Shown one piece after another: positions 1-8,280 of a stretch of 64,000 nucleotides of DNA; the first letter of the stretch is position 1; every line of letters starts with the position of its first letter. The translations under genes were made by a program, and so were the position numbers. The stretch comes from an uncultured virus (IMG/VR IMGVR_UViG_3300012347_000246). Lineage: Duplodnaviria > Heunggongvirae > Uroviricota > Caudoviricetes. The DNA is taken from IMG/VR virus record IMGVR_UViG_3300012347_000246; one strand, 5' to 3'. The notes below the pieces were generated by a model. It saw only the letters and a list, made by a program, of their open reading frames with translations. It was not told the origin of the DNA and ran no database searches.

Positions 1-52
1 CTACCTTATACCGAGTTTGCAATCCGGCGCATAAACGCTCTGCCAACCGCCC
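1..52 (-). tRNA. tRNA-Cys(GCA), 3' part outside window
   Basis: Minus strand GGGCGGTTGGCAGAGCGTTTATGCGCCGGA-TTGCAAA-CTCGG; D arm and anticodon arm visible. Confidence 0.75.
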
Positions 53-59
53 ATAATTT

Positions 60-160
60 ACTATTTTAAAACACACTAACTAACTTGGCGTTGTAAGTCC
101 GCTTTCGGGGATGATTACACCGTTGGGTCCAAGCTAGTGGCCAATGTGTTTTAAAATAGT
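60..160 (-). repeat. Conserved-stem RNA cassette 1 (18-bp stem, 65-nt payload)
   Basis: Arms actattttaaaacacact (60-77) and aatgtgttttaaaatagt (143-160). Confidence 0.85.
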
Positions 161-283
161 TCCTAGCAGCCTAACCCTCACGCTCTCTTACTCTTGGGTT
201 AATGCGCCTTGCCTTCTCGTGAACAACGTCGAATAGCGATCCACCTTGTTCCGGGCCAGTGCCTTGCGGGCACACTACTATAA

Positions 284-371
284 ACTATTTTGAAACACAC
301 TACAGAACGACCACAATGTCCAAAAAGACCTGGAAGTCAAAACACTGTGCAGTAATGTGCTTTTAAATAAC
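284..371 (-). repeat. Conserved-stem RNA cassette 2 (52-nt payload)
   Basis: Arms actattttgaaacacact (284-301) and aatgtgcttttaaataac (354-371), imperfect. Confidence 0.75.
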
Positions 372-455
372 CTATATGTAAACACACTGACTCTCCAGTA
401 TTGCTACCTTCGCCGAGTTTGACGTCTTAGGTCGTGCAATGTGTTTGCATATAAG
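371..455 (-). repeat. Conserved-stem RNA cassette 3 (49-nt payload)
   Basis: Arms cctatatgtaaacacact (371-388) and aatgtgtttgcatataag (438-455). Confidence 0.85.
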
Positions 456-1347
456 TGGAGGACTGAGAATACATCTCTCCCAACAACACCTCGAGCATTA
501 TTACAAACCTTGCGAGTCTGCTTTCTCTCGACTTCCACTACAACCATATTGCTATGTATCATAGTCTGCTGTCAGCATCGCCGTTTTTAAAGCCAGGCAG
601 TAGGCTTGTCGTCACATGCTATTCTATGCTTTCTATCCCGTTGACCTTGCGAGCCATTAAGTCTTGCGAACTACGAAACTTCCTGCATAAACAGATTTCA
701 CCTTGCGAGTTACGTCTGACTAGATTCACTTGCGTGTCTAGTATTAGATGCTTTTCACATATGACCGAGTCAGTCTTTGCGTTTTAATGATAGTGAGAAT
801 CGAACCCACCGCATTCTGTTTAAGAGACAGATGTTCTACCAATGAACTATATCAACCTACTGCGATGTGCTGACTCAGTTGCTGCGTAAAGTTTTGGCTC
901 TACACAATACAACACACCACGTACCTTTCCTCTTGCGGAGTAATCAGTCGTCTTTCGCGACCAGCGTCTGCATTACTACAGCCACCACCCACTAAAACTG
1001 CATACGAGCTCTTAGGTGCAACCCTTCGAACCAATACACTACCCTTTCTCATACCAATTAACAAAGTTGGTTTCGCATAGAAGTCAGCACCACCTGTTAC
1101 TTTCCATCTACTCAAGTTCCCCTTGATGCAATCTCAGGCTTGTAAGCAAACGTTCTTCCCTATGCACTTTGCGTCACTGTTACATCCACCCGTCGCTGAG
1201 TGAACGCTCCCTCACAGGAGTGAGCAGGCTTGTCTAAATGAACCATTGCTGGCGGAGTTATGTAGGCATACCTCCTTTGGCTGTGTCACCACAGTTATTC
1301 TTCGTCTAGCTGGGCTAACCATACTATCCAGGACATTAAACTGCCCC
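456..1347 (-). ncRNA. GOLLD-like large structured RNA with embedded tRNA
   Basis: About 890 nt with no credible ORF; at least six C-GCAA-G tetraloop hairpins on the minus strand; 3' end TGTATTCTCAG resembles the GOLLD 3' terminus as recalled; tRNA-array context. Confidence 0.7.
785..856 (-). tRNA. tRNA-Lys(CTT) embedded in the GOLLD-like RNA, weak acceptor stem, no CCA
   Basis: TCTGT-CTCTTAA-ACAGA anticodon arm; GTGGG-TTCGATT-CTCAC T arm. Confidence 0.75.
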
Positions 1348-1350
1348 AAA

Positions 1351-1502
1351 TTCTTATACATCTGCACACACGCAGGAATCGAAACCTGCTGCACTTATTT
1401 TAAGAAAGTGCATGTAGCCTTATAGCAAACAGTTTCGAACCTGCTTACTACCACATCAATTCTGTTTTCGACGCAGAACCTCTATGTGCATGTGTATAAG
1501 AA
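1351..1502 (-). ncRNA. Stem-bounded RNA candidate with two T-loop-like motifs
   Basis: Ends ttcttataca / tgtataagaa pair; internal GCAGGTTCGAAAC and GCAGG-TTTCGATT-CCTGC. Confidence 0.45.
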
Positions 1503-1519
1503 CTTCTTATACGTATCTA

Positions 1520-1593
1520 TTTTAAAGAACTTTGTTAGTTAGCACAATGTCTAACTAAGCTTCTATTGTAGCAAACTTTTCATTTGCTGTCAA
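1520..1593 (-). promoter_or_regulatory. Sigma70 promoter followed by boxB-like hairpin and boxA-like element
   Basis: TTGACA-17-TACAAT (1593-1565); hairpin TTAGTTAG/CTAACTAA; GTTCTTTAAAA. Confidence 0.8.
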
Positions 1594-1610
1594 CAGTTAT
1601 TTAGAAATTT

Positions 1611-1888
1611 ATTTTGATGCCTCTTTTTACCTGCTTACAAGGTTACGGGTAAGACTTGCGTCTTTCAGTTGACCCTCATGCAACCAGTAGAGCGTTACTC
1701 TACTTTATTGCAATCCTGGTTCCTGCGTATTGCTACGTGGAACAGATCGTTTCTAACTCATAGGTGTTAGACGCCACAGTAGCCGCTTACAGACTACACA
1801 AGAGTTCCCAGCTTTCTATCTGGACCGGATTTTCGGCAAGAGTTACGCAACCTATTAGCGTAGTACGCCTGCTTACTTTGCATCAAAA
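1611..1888 (-). ncRNA. Structured ~280-nt ncRNA candidate
   Basis: Terminal pairing TTTTGATGC/GCATCAAAA; several GNRA hairpins; own promoter upstream; no ORF. Confidence 0.55.
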
Positions 1889-1893
1889 CAAAT

Positions 1894-1958
1894 TTTTAAA
1901 GAACGTTTGTTAATTGCTTAACATGAGTGTATTGTAACACATTTTTCTTTATTGTCAA
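1894..1958 (-). promoter_or_regulatory. Sigma70 promoter followed by boxB-like hairpin and boxA-like element
   Basis: TTGACA-16-TACAAT with TGn (1958-1931); TGTTAA-GCAA-TTAACA; GTTCTTTAAAAA. Confidence 0.8.
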
Positions 1959-1977
1959 CTACTGTTGAAAACAAACT

Positions 1978-2062
1978 TGGTGCGGATGGTCGGACTCGAA
2001 CCGACACGCCTTTCGGCGCTAGAACCTAAATCTAGTGCGGCTACCAATTACGCCACATCCGC
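1978..2062 (-). tRNA. tRNA-Leu(TAG)
   Basis: Full cloverleaf, long variable arm, CCA. Confidence 0.95.
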
Positions 2063-2070
2063 TTAGATAA

Positions 2071-3237
2071 TTACTTATCGTTTAAGCTAGTATTATATGC
2101 GAAGTTGATTTTACTGTCAACATGTTTTTGCATGATTTTAGTGAAATCTTCAAACTTCTCTGCTTTTGGAGCACAGTAGCCGCATATACATCTAACTTGC
2201 TTGCATTGTATAACAGGAACAGTATTCCCGTCAAGCAGTTTTTGTTGATCGTCTAGAATTTTTTTGGTATCACTTAGGTTCCCGATTGGGCCTATGCCAC
2301 CGTCGAAGTTCATTTGACAATCTTTGTTTACATAAACATCACCATTGTGTTGTCTAATGTATAAGAAGTACCAGTTTACACTGCAATACCAATCTTTAAA
2401 ATCCGCATGTGGTACAAAGCCCATTGGATGTTTTAAGTCTTGGTTAGTACATAATCCTCTGCCGCCACAACAGCTACGACCAATCTTGCCCATACCAACT
2501 GTATCATCTGTTACTTCTTTTAACATGATGATCTTGTTGCGACTCTTTTCGGGCGTCTTGCTTTCGTAATAGTCTGCAAAGAACTTGAACTGATCTTTAT
2601 TGTATTGCCACTTAGGTGTAGGTGTGTCGTTGGCTTTAACTACATGCTTGATATCATGCTGTTTGCAAAACTCCACAGCTTGCATGCTTATATCCCACAT
2701 TTGAGGATCGTTATGCATCACAAACACTACTTTTTGCTTCCTGTTGATGGCCTTATTGTAGAGGATGTTGTCTAGCACTTGCTGGCGCTGCTTAGGCAGT
2801 GCTTCGCTGTGAAAACTAACTGTAAACTCATCTACGTGTTTGGTAACCTCGGTCCACAAGTTCTTTCCTGCTACGCCGTTAGTGGTTACTGTAACTGTTA
2901 ATGTCCAGTCATCCTTGAATGCTTCATGGCGCTTTCTAAGCTCTTGCAGAATCTCTACAATGTTAGGATGATAGATAGCTTCGCCGCCGTAAAGATTTAG
3001 AACCACGATGCGTTGCCACTTAGGCTTGAGCATCATGTAACGATGAACATAATCGAACATAAAGTCGATTGTGTTTAAGCATTCATCTAGCGGAGGGTGT
3101 GAGCTATGGTTGTCATGCCACTGCGGTCCACAATAGCTGCAATCAAGATTACAGCGTAGAGTTAACTCCCAATCCAATAGCAGAATTGGCCTATTAGACG
3201 GATCAATTGCTGGCTCAACGCTTACAATCTTATCCAT
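2071..3237 (-). CDS. Radical SAM protein with C-terminal Cys cluster
   Basis: CNLDCSYC motif, YGGE, TTNG, C-terminal CxxxxCxCxxC. Confidence 0.9.
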   Translation of the reverse strand: MDKIVSVEPAIDPSNRPILLLDWELTLRCNLDCSYCGPQWHDNHSSHPPLDECLNTIDFMFDYVHRYMMLKPKWQRIVVLNLYGGEAIYHPNIVEILQELRKRHEAFKDDWTLTVTVTTNGVAGKNLWTEVTKHVDEFTVSFHSEALPKQRQQVLDNILYNKAINRKQKVVFVMHNDPQMWDISMQAVEFCKQHDIKHVVKANDTPTPKWQYNKDQFKFFADYYESKTPEKSRNKIIMLKEVTDDTVGMGKIGRSCCGGRGLCTNQDLKHPMGFVPHADFKDWYCSVNWYFLYIRQHNGDVYVNKDCQMNFDGGIGPIGNLSDTKKILDDQQKLLDGNTVPVIQCKQVRCICGYCAPKAEKFEDFTKIMQKHVDSKINFAYNTSLNDK

Positions 3238-3808
3238 ATACCATTACCAGTTGTTGTTCAAACCATTCTTTGCATTCTGCAAAGGGTTTAGCAAATCGCA
3301 AGTTAAACCAAACTCGAGATCCTGTATTGTTGATGCCATGCATCTTTTGAATGTCCAGTAACCAACCTTCTCCAGCGTTACTCGGATACACTTCTATGTA
3401 GTCTTGGTCCTTTACATAGGTAAGACTGTCTGTGGTGTTAATGAAATAGTTAAACCCAGTATTCTGGCCGGGTTGGTCTTTGTGCTCTGCACCATTGCCC
3501 ACTAGTTTGTTCACGGACACTATGGTAGGCTCTAGCTCACTTAAACTTGCTAACATTAGCGGAAGAAAGGGCATTGACTTTTCGATCAATGGGCCTGTCA
3601 TATTATACCAGTAACTGCTACCGTTAGTAACGTGGCTAATTGTGCCAGCAGATCCTAGTTCATAGTGGTATCCATACTCACTATACTTGTATTGCTTTGT
3701 GATTTTATCACTGTTTGAGGTAACTAGACCAATGCCATGCTCTAATACTGCAATGGTATTTTTCCAATTATGATCAATTCTGATCGGGGTTTTGTATGTT
3801 AGTAACAT
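3230..3808 (-). CDS. Hypothetical protein, possible 2OG-Fe(II)/cupin fold
   Basis: HKD...HGINN...RVW pattern resembles the HxD...H facial triad. Confidence 0.55.
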   Translation of the reverse strand: MLLTYKTPIRIDHNWKNTIAVLEHGIGLVTSNSDKITKQYKYSEYGYHYELGSAGTISHVTNGSSYWYNMTGPLIEKSMPFLPLMLASLSELEPTIVSVNKLVGNGAEHKDQPGQNTGFNYFINTTDSLTYVKDQDYIEVYPSNAGEGWLLDIQKMHGINNTGSRVWFNLRFAKPFAECKEWFEQQLVMVYG

Positions 3809-3811
3809 GTA

Positions 3812-4092
3812 TCTATAAAGAGGTGGAGCATATAAAACTTATTTTTCAACCGTGGACTGATGCACGGCCGGTAGCTATCCGGCTCGCTTCGTAAGCTCAA
3901 ACGGGTAATTGCCATGCCCTAACTTACACATCTTCTCAGAGTCTCAATAATTCGCGATTTTAAAATCCATTTGTTGCCTCGGAGGTTTCCGATATTTGAT
4001 CACGGGCCACTATTCTCAGGCAAGAAAGATCGCTACTAAATCTACCACAGGTAATAAGTCACTGCCTTGTGTATGCTCCACCTCTTTATAGA
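3812..4092 (-). ncRNA. ncRNA or leader candidate bounded by a perfect 21-bp inverted repeat
   Basis: tctataaagaggtggagcata (3812-3832) / tatgctccacctctttataga (4072-4092); promoter directly upstream. Confidence 0.55.
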
Positions 4093-4106
4093 CAAATTGT
4101 TGAGTT

Positions 4107-4134
4107 ATTATAACAAAATTTGAATTTAAGTCAA
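4107..4134 (-). promoter_or_regulatory. Sigma70 promoter
   Basis: TTGACT-16-TATAAT with TGn. Confidence 0.7.
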
Positions 4135-4141
4135 CTGGAAT

Positions 4142-5335
4142 TTACGTAGTTAGGTCCAGTAAGTGGAACAATGGAGTAGAATTCAACTTTAATCCAAATC
4201 CATAAGTTCCTTCTACTAGGCTCATTGGGCTTACCCCACTTGTAAATTCTTTTGATCCATGGTAGAACGCTTTCCGCAATGAATCTAGCTCAGGAAGTTC
4301 GTGCAGCCAAAAATACCAATCGCTTCGTTCTTTATTTGGCTTCACAACTTGAAATTTATTATTATCCCACGTATCTTTATACAACACTGAATTAAAAATT
4401 CGACGCTGAGCAGCATCATAGTGAGACTTGTTGTGATTATTAGTTAAAAACCAAATTGGGCTTTCTAATAAAGGTCTTGCTGCTTTGTTATGATTAAAAT
4501 ACAGTGCAATTTGATAAGCCTGCTCCACTGGCAACAGAGGCAGGTCCGCAGACCAATAAAATAGTTCAACTCTGTCCTCTCCCATTGCTTCAACCATGCT
4601 TGCATTAGTGTGAAAGCTGTCTAGGAACTTAAAGTATACCTTTCCATCAACTGCTGTAACATACGGTTTGTCAGTTCCAATTACATGACCAACTTTTCTA
4701 CTTGTTGGCGATACCAACGATAACTTAGTCTCACAGTTGGGATCAAGACGAATAACCGTACTGCCCAGACTTAAGTGACCGATATTGATTTGGGACAATC
4801 TATTTGTAAGTTGATCCACTCCCAAGGACTGGTTTCCTAAATACTCTGCATAATCAACAATGTTGATTTTTATTTCAGGATTGGATATTTTTAATCTATC
4901 AAGAGTTGGCTTAATGGAATAGTTCCATTCGCTTGCTGCATTCCTTGCAGAAGTATCCTTAGTGTTAGGAGTGTAACCATTTCCATCAATAAGATGTTTT
5001 GGCCAACGCACCATTACTTCGTCAAGTTTAATATTGTTTGTTAAAAACGTTTCCAATATGTTATGACTATCGGCCCCGCCTGAATAATGCAATACTACAT
5101 AATCGTATTTGTCTCTAATTTGTAAAGCACGTTCCTTGTACAAAGTTGTTAGTGGGATTTTTCCCAACAACGATTTGTCAAACTTTTCCCAAACTTGATT
5201 GTGAAAATAAAAAGAAACTGGGCCGGATCTGTTTGCATACGCATGTCGATATGCATCAATTTTTGCAGTGAATGGCACTGAGTTAGAAACCCAACATCCA
5301 TATTTACTACTGAGTGTTTTTGAGATATTAACCAT
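4142..5335 (-). CDS. PP-loop (adenine nucleotide alpha hydrolase-like) protein, paralog 1
   Basis: LYKERALQIRDKYDYVVLHYSGGADS; ELFYW motif shared with paralogs. Confidence 0.8.
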   Translation of the reverse strand: MVNISKTLSSKYGCWVSNSVPFTAKIDAYRHAYANRSGPVSFYFHNQVWEKFDKSLLGKIPLTTLYKERALQIRDKYDYVVLHYSGGADSHNILETFLTNNIKLDEVMVRWPKHLIDGNGYTPNTKDTSARNAASEWNYSIKPTLDRLKISNPEIKINIVDYAEYLGNQSLGVDQLTNRLSQINIGHLSLGSTVIRLDPNCETKLSLVSPTSRKVGHVIGTDKPYVTAVDGKVYFKFLDSFHTNASMVEAMGEDRVELFYWSADLPLLPVEQAYQIALYFNHNKAARPLLESPIWFLTNNHNKSHYDAAQRRIFNSVLYKDTWDNNKFQVVKPNKERSDWYFWLHELPELDSLRKAFYHGSKEFTSGVSPMSLVEGTYGFGLKLNSTPLFHLLDLTT

Positions 5336-5362
5336 TAGTTGTTGACGTTAACACTATTTATA

Positions 5363-5436
5363 TGGTGCTCCTACAAAGAATCGAACTTTGGATTACGCTA
5401 TACCACAGCGTCGGTATGCCATTTACCTATAAGAGC
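5363..5436 (-). tRNA. tRNA-Thr(GGT), atypical loop bases
   Basis: ACGCT-GTGGTAT-AGCGT, T arm, CCA. Confidence 0.8.
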
Positions 5437-5437
5437 T

Positions 5438-5514
5438 TGGTGCCCCGGGCGAGACTCGAACTCGCAAAATTTGGATTTTGAATCCAACACGTATACCAAT
5501 TCCGTCACCGGGGC
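5438..5514 (-). tRNA. tRNA-Leu(CAA) with short variable loop
   Basis: TTGGA-TTCAAAA-TCCAA, Leu-type D arm, CCA. Confidence 0.9.
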
Positions 5515-5518
5515 AGGA

Positions 5519-6727
5519 TTAGTTGGTGCGTACTGCAAATACTTCTTGAAAGGACTCTCCCCTAATCACATCATATTTTTTTGTATAATCAAAAAATGCT
5601 ATTGGATCATGCGGGGTTGATTCAATTAGCCCCTTCTTTACATTTAACAACTCTGTACGCAATACTAGATAATTTGGCGCAGTTAAAATCTCTACCGATT
5701 TATCAATTTCAGTGATTGCTTTACTTCGTAGCTGCTTTGGTAAATTGTTAAAATGCATGCCAGGCGGCGAAGTCACATTGTAACATTTTATACCAATTGA
5801 TGCATTTTCATTGTATAGTTTCATTAGAAAAGAGGCAAGTGCAGAAAAGTCCATTAAACTATATGCAGATATAGCAGTGGTCACTTCTAAATTAAATGGA
5901 GCAGGCAACTGATTTAATTTAAGAACATTACTTTCGACTTTAGGCCAATCAGTGCCGCTGCGAATATATTCCGCAGATTTTCCTACTGCGTCAATGCTCA
6001 TTACTAACTCTACTTTTTTAAACTCACTAAGTCGAGTAATAAAAAGTGGATTATACACACTACAATTGGTATATAACTCTAACTCCATATTCCTACTAAA
6101 CCCATTGCTAATTAAGTAGTCTAGATAGTCGTAATATTCTTTTATCAAAAATGGTTCGCCACCGGTTAAACATACCTTTCGAACTGACGCCAACAACGAC
6201 TTGTCCTTGAGACTTTCAATTACCGCAGGGTCTGCTTTAGTTATTGGAATTATACTGTGCTCGAGATGACTTCCGGCTTTATCCGGCTTGATCTTATGTT
6301 CAATTTTTTCTGCTGCAAAGCTGGAACTAGATGTTTCATCGCACATCCTGCATTTCATATTACATAGATTGCTAAATCTAAGTTCAATTCTTGTTGGTAC
6401 TGTTGGACTGTCAGCAGTAAACTTGTTTGCAAACCACTGGTCTTCATACTCAGGTTCGGGTCCTACATTGTAGTAATTCCAAATTGCTCCGCGTGTGCTT
6501 TTTAGTCCATGACGCTCACGCTCTTTGCAACCAGAACATGCAGCAGGAACGATCCCTTGCTGCATTTCTTGTTTTATATTCTTGAGCCATTCGCTATTAA
6601 AATAATCAGACGGGGTTGCTTCCATCTCTAAATTTTTAATCATGTGACACGGACTGGGCGAGTTAGCATGGTAATACAACAATGACCACGGGGCAGGACA
6701 GAAGAACTTCTCCGAAAACTTTGCCAT
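5519..6727 (-). CDS. Radical SAM protein with N-terminal twitch/SPASM-like Cys domain
   Basis: CPAPW...CSGC, CNMKCRMC, TGGEP; start moved to the ATG at 6727 (AGGAG RBS) because the longer ORF overlaps a tRNA. Confidence 0.9.
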   Translation of the reverse strand: MAKFSEKFFCPAPWSLLYYHANSPSPCHMIKNLEMEATPSDYFNSEWLKNIKQEMQQGIVPAACSGCKERERHGLKSTRGAIWNYYNVGPEPEYEDQWFANKFTADSPTVPTRIELRFSNLCNMKCRMCDETSSSSFAAEKIEHKIKPDKAGSHLEHSIIPITKADPAVIESLKDKSLLASVRKVCLTGGEPFLIKEYYDYLDYLISNGFSRNMELELYTNCSVYNPLFITRLSEFKKVELVMSIDAVGKSAEYIRSGTDWPKVESNVLKLNQLPAPFNLEVTTAISAYSLMDFSALASFLMKLYNENASIGIKCYNVTSPPGMHFNNLPKQLRSKAITEIDKSVEILTAPNYLVLRTELLNVKKGLIESTPHDPIAFFDYTKKYDVIRGESFQEVFAVRTN

Positions 6728-6742
6728 ACTACTCCTATAATT

Positions 6743-6818
6743 TGGTGCCTCTAACCGGGGTCGAACCAGTGACACACGGATTTTCAATCCGCTGCTCTAC
6801 CAACTGAGCTATAGAGGC
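6743..6818 (-). tRNA. tRNA-Phe(GAA)
   Basis: Canonical cloverleaf, CCA. Confidence 0.95.
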
Positions 6819-6917
6819 AAATTTTAAATGGTTGTGGGTTTTTACCACTCCTGAACCTTGTTCCACCGCTCGGTCAAAGACTTATGTGGCGATCCCGTGC
6901 AGCTCGCATTACACTAT

Positions 6918-7038
6918 ACCATATAGAAGCACTCTCAAATGCAGGCCTAGGAGGAGTCAAGCTCTGAAACCGTTGCGTATGCATCCACTAAGGTCTCTTC
7001 TCCCGCTTTGTCTTATGCTAAGAATACTTCTATATGGC
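6918..7038 (-). repeat. Conserved-stem RNA cassette 4 (85-nt payload)
   Basis: Arms accatatagaagcactct (6918-6935) and agaatacttctatatggc (7021-7038); compensatory changes. Confidence 0.85.
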
Positions 7039-7137
7039 GGTGCATAAGTTAACCTAAAACTAGTCTAATATCGCGGCCGCAATATTTCGTCTATGTCTTA
7101 GGATATACACGTTGGTACCTTGCGTACCTTACGCACC
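7035..7137 (-). ncRNA. CCA-ended stem-bounded small RNA candidate
   Basis: GGTGCGTAAG ... CTTATGCACC-GCCA. Confidence 0.5.
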
Positions 7138-7237
7138 ATATAAAAACACACTACGTGGAATCGAACCACTGACCCTTTCACTCCGTAGAGACCGCATTAA
7201 TTACGCTTAGTCGCCGACTAGTATGTTTTTATATGGT
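7135..7237 (-). repeat. Conserved-stem RNA cassette 5 (67-nt payload with T-arm)
   Basis: Arms 7135-7152 and 7220-7237; payload contains GTGG-TTCGATT-CCAC. Confidence 0.9.
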
Positions 7238-7345
7238 GACAGTTTAGTCCGATAACTGTCAAAGAGTTGTTGTAGTTTGCTCTAGAAACAACATACATTT
7301 GGTCGTCATGACCGGGCACTCCACGTTTGAGCCTTCTGGTTAGAT

Positions 7346-7421
7346 ACCATATAGAAGCACACTAACCATCATTGGTACTGTTTGCAACCAGTACGGATTT
7401 GAAAATGTGTTTCTATATAGG
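7346..7421 (-). repeat. Conserved-stem RNA cassette 6 (40-nt payload)
   Basis: Arms 7346-7363 and 7404-7421. Confidence 0.85.
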
Positions 7422-7505
7422 CTCCACCGTTAACGACAGCATTCGTCCTGGCTTTATTTTATGTCGGTTAATGCACGGTGGACACACATGCCGACGGGGT
7501 TACAG

Positions 7506-7644
7506 TTTCAATGATGGGATTCGAACCCACTAACTACCCGTGCGATGCGGGTTGTGCTACGCTCGCCATACATTCAGTTTACTCCGTTACGTACCGGACC
7601 AATTGTATGACTTTGCACTATCTTTCCATGTCGTCTTCATTGTT
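7506..7644 (-). ncRNA. tRNA-like element with expanded D region
   Basis: CAATG/CATTG acceptor-like pairing; ACCCG-CATCGCA-CGGGT arm; GTGGG-TTCGAAT-CCCAT; no CCA. Confidence 0.45.
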
Positions 7645-7730
7645 ACCATATAAAAACATACTGCTGGCTATGCCCTTGGCGTCCCAGAAGCTATCAGAGT
7701 CTAACTGAATGCAATATGTTTTTATATGGT
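7645..7730 (-). repeat. Conserved-stem RNA cassette 7 (50-nt payload)
   Basis: Arms 7645-7662 and 7713-7730. Confidence 0.9.
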
Positions 7731-7827
7731 CGGTGCAGGTGAAATCGCATCACCGAGCCAAGTTATGTCTTTTGTACATTATGCACAGAACTCGCTGAGG
7801 CTTCCTCAGTACCTAGGATATGCACCA
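7727..7827 (-). ncRNA. tRNA-shell RNA with CCA
   Basis: TGGTGCA / TGCACCG-A-CCA acceptor; GGTGA-TGCGATT-TCACC T-like arm; non-tRNA interior. Confidence 0.55.
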
Positions 7828-7905
7828 TATGTAAACACACTATTAGTTTCGCCATCATCCGACTTTAAAATCAGCTGCGGTTTAAATAATGTGTTTGCAT
7901 ATGGT
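7824..7905 (-). repeat. Conserved-stem RNA cassette 8 (46-nt payload)
   Basis: Arms accatatgtaaacacact (7824-7841) and aatgtgtttgcatatggt (7888-7905). Confidence 0.9.
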
Positions 7906-7977
7906 GGGACTGTTCGGGCTCGAACCGAAAACCTACCGGTTAAAAGCCGGTTGCTCTAACCATTGAGCTACAATCCC
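7902..7977 (-). tRNA. tRNA-Lys(TTT)
   Basis: Canonical cloverleaf, CCA. Confidence 0.95.
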
Positions 7978-7980
7978 GTA

Positions 7981-8054
7981 TGGTCCTCCGCCTAGGTATC
8001 GATCCTAGTTTTACTGGTTAAGAGCCAGTTACATCACCTTAATGTTTGCGAAGG
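7981..8054 (-). tRNA. tRNA-Lys(CTT), atypical D and T arms
   Basis: ACTGG-CTCTTAA-CCAGT; T loop ATCGATA; CCA. Confidence 0.75.
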
Positions 8055-8139
8055 TTGGTGTATTAAATTTTAGTTTAACGTGCCAACCTTAGACCAATAC
8101 GGGATCTAAAGTTGACACTAACGTTTACCACGTTTCATG

Positions 8140-8271
8140 TCATTCACCTTTGTCAAATTTTCTACCACTCTTCTTACTCTTCACACCTATTGTGAATAGT
8201 ATCTTCTTACCAAACCCTGCACGATATACTCGACAGTCATGGTATGTACGCTTAGAACCAAATGCTCGCAT
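8140..8271 (-). CDS. Small basic protein, 43 aa
   Basis: AGGAG RBS; MRAFGSKRTYHDCRVYRAGFGKK...; below the ORF-track cutoff. Confidence 0.5.
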   Translation of the reverse strand: MRAFGSKRTYHDCRVYRAGFGKKILFTIGVKSKKSGRKFDKGE

Positions 8272-8280
8272 TGCCTGCTC

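Noticed and set aside
554..1394. Short ORFs at 554, 900 and 1212
   Set aside because: They lie inside the structured RNA and have no RBS or recognisable motifs.
3812..4092. Retron ncRNA (a1/a2 inverted repeats)
   Set aside because: No reverse transcriptase is adjacent or anywhere in the window.
6918..7905. CRISPR array
   Set aside because: The repeats are paired inverted arms, not direct repeats; spacing is irregular; no cas genes are in the window.
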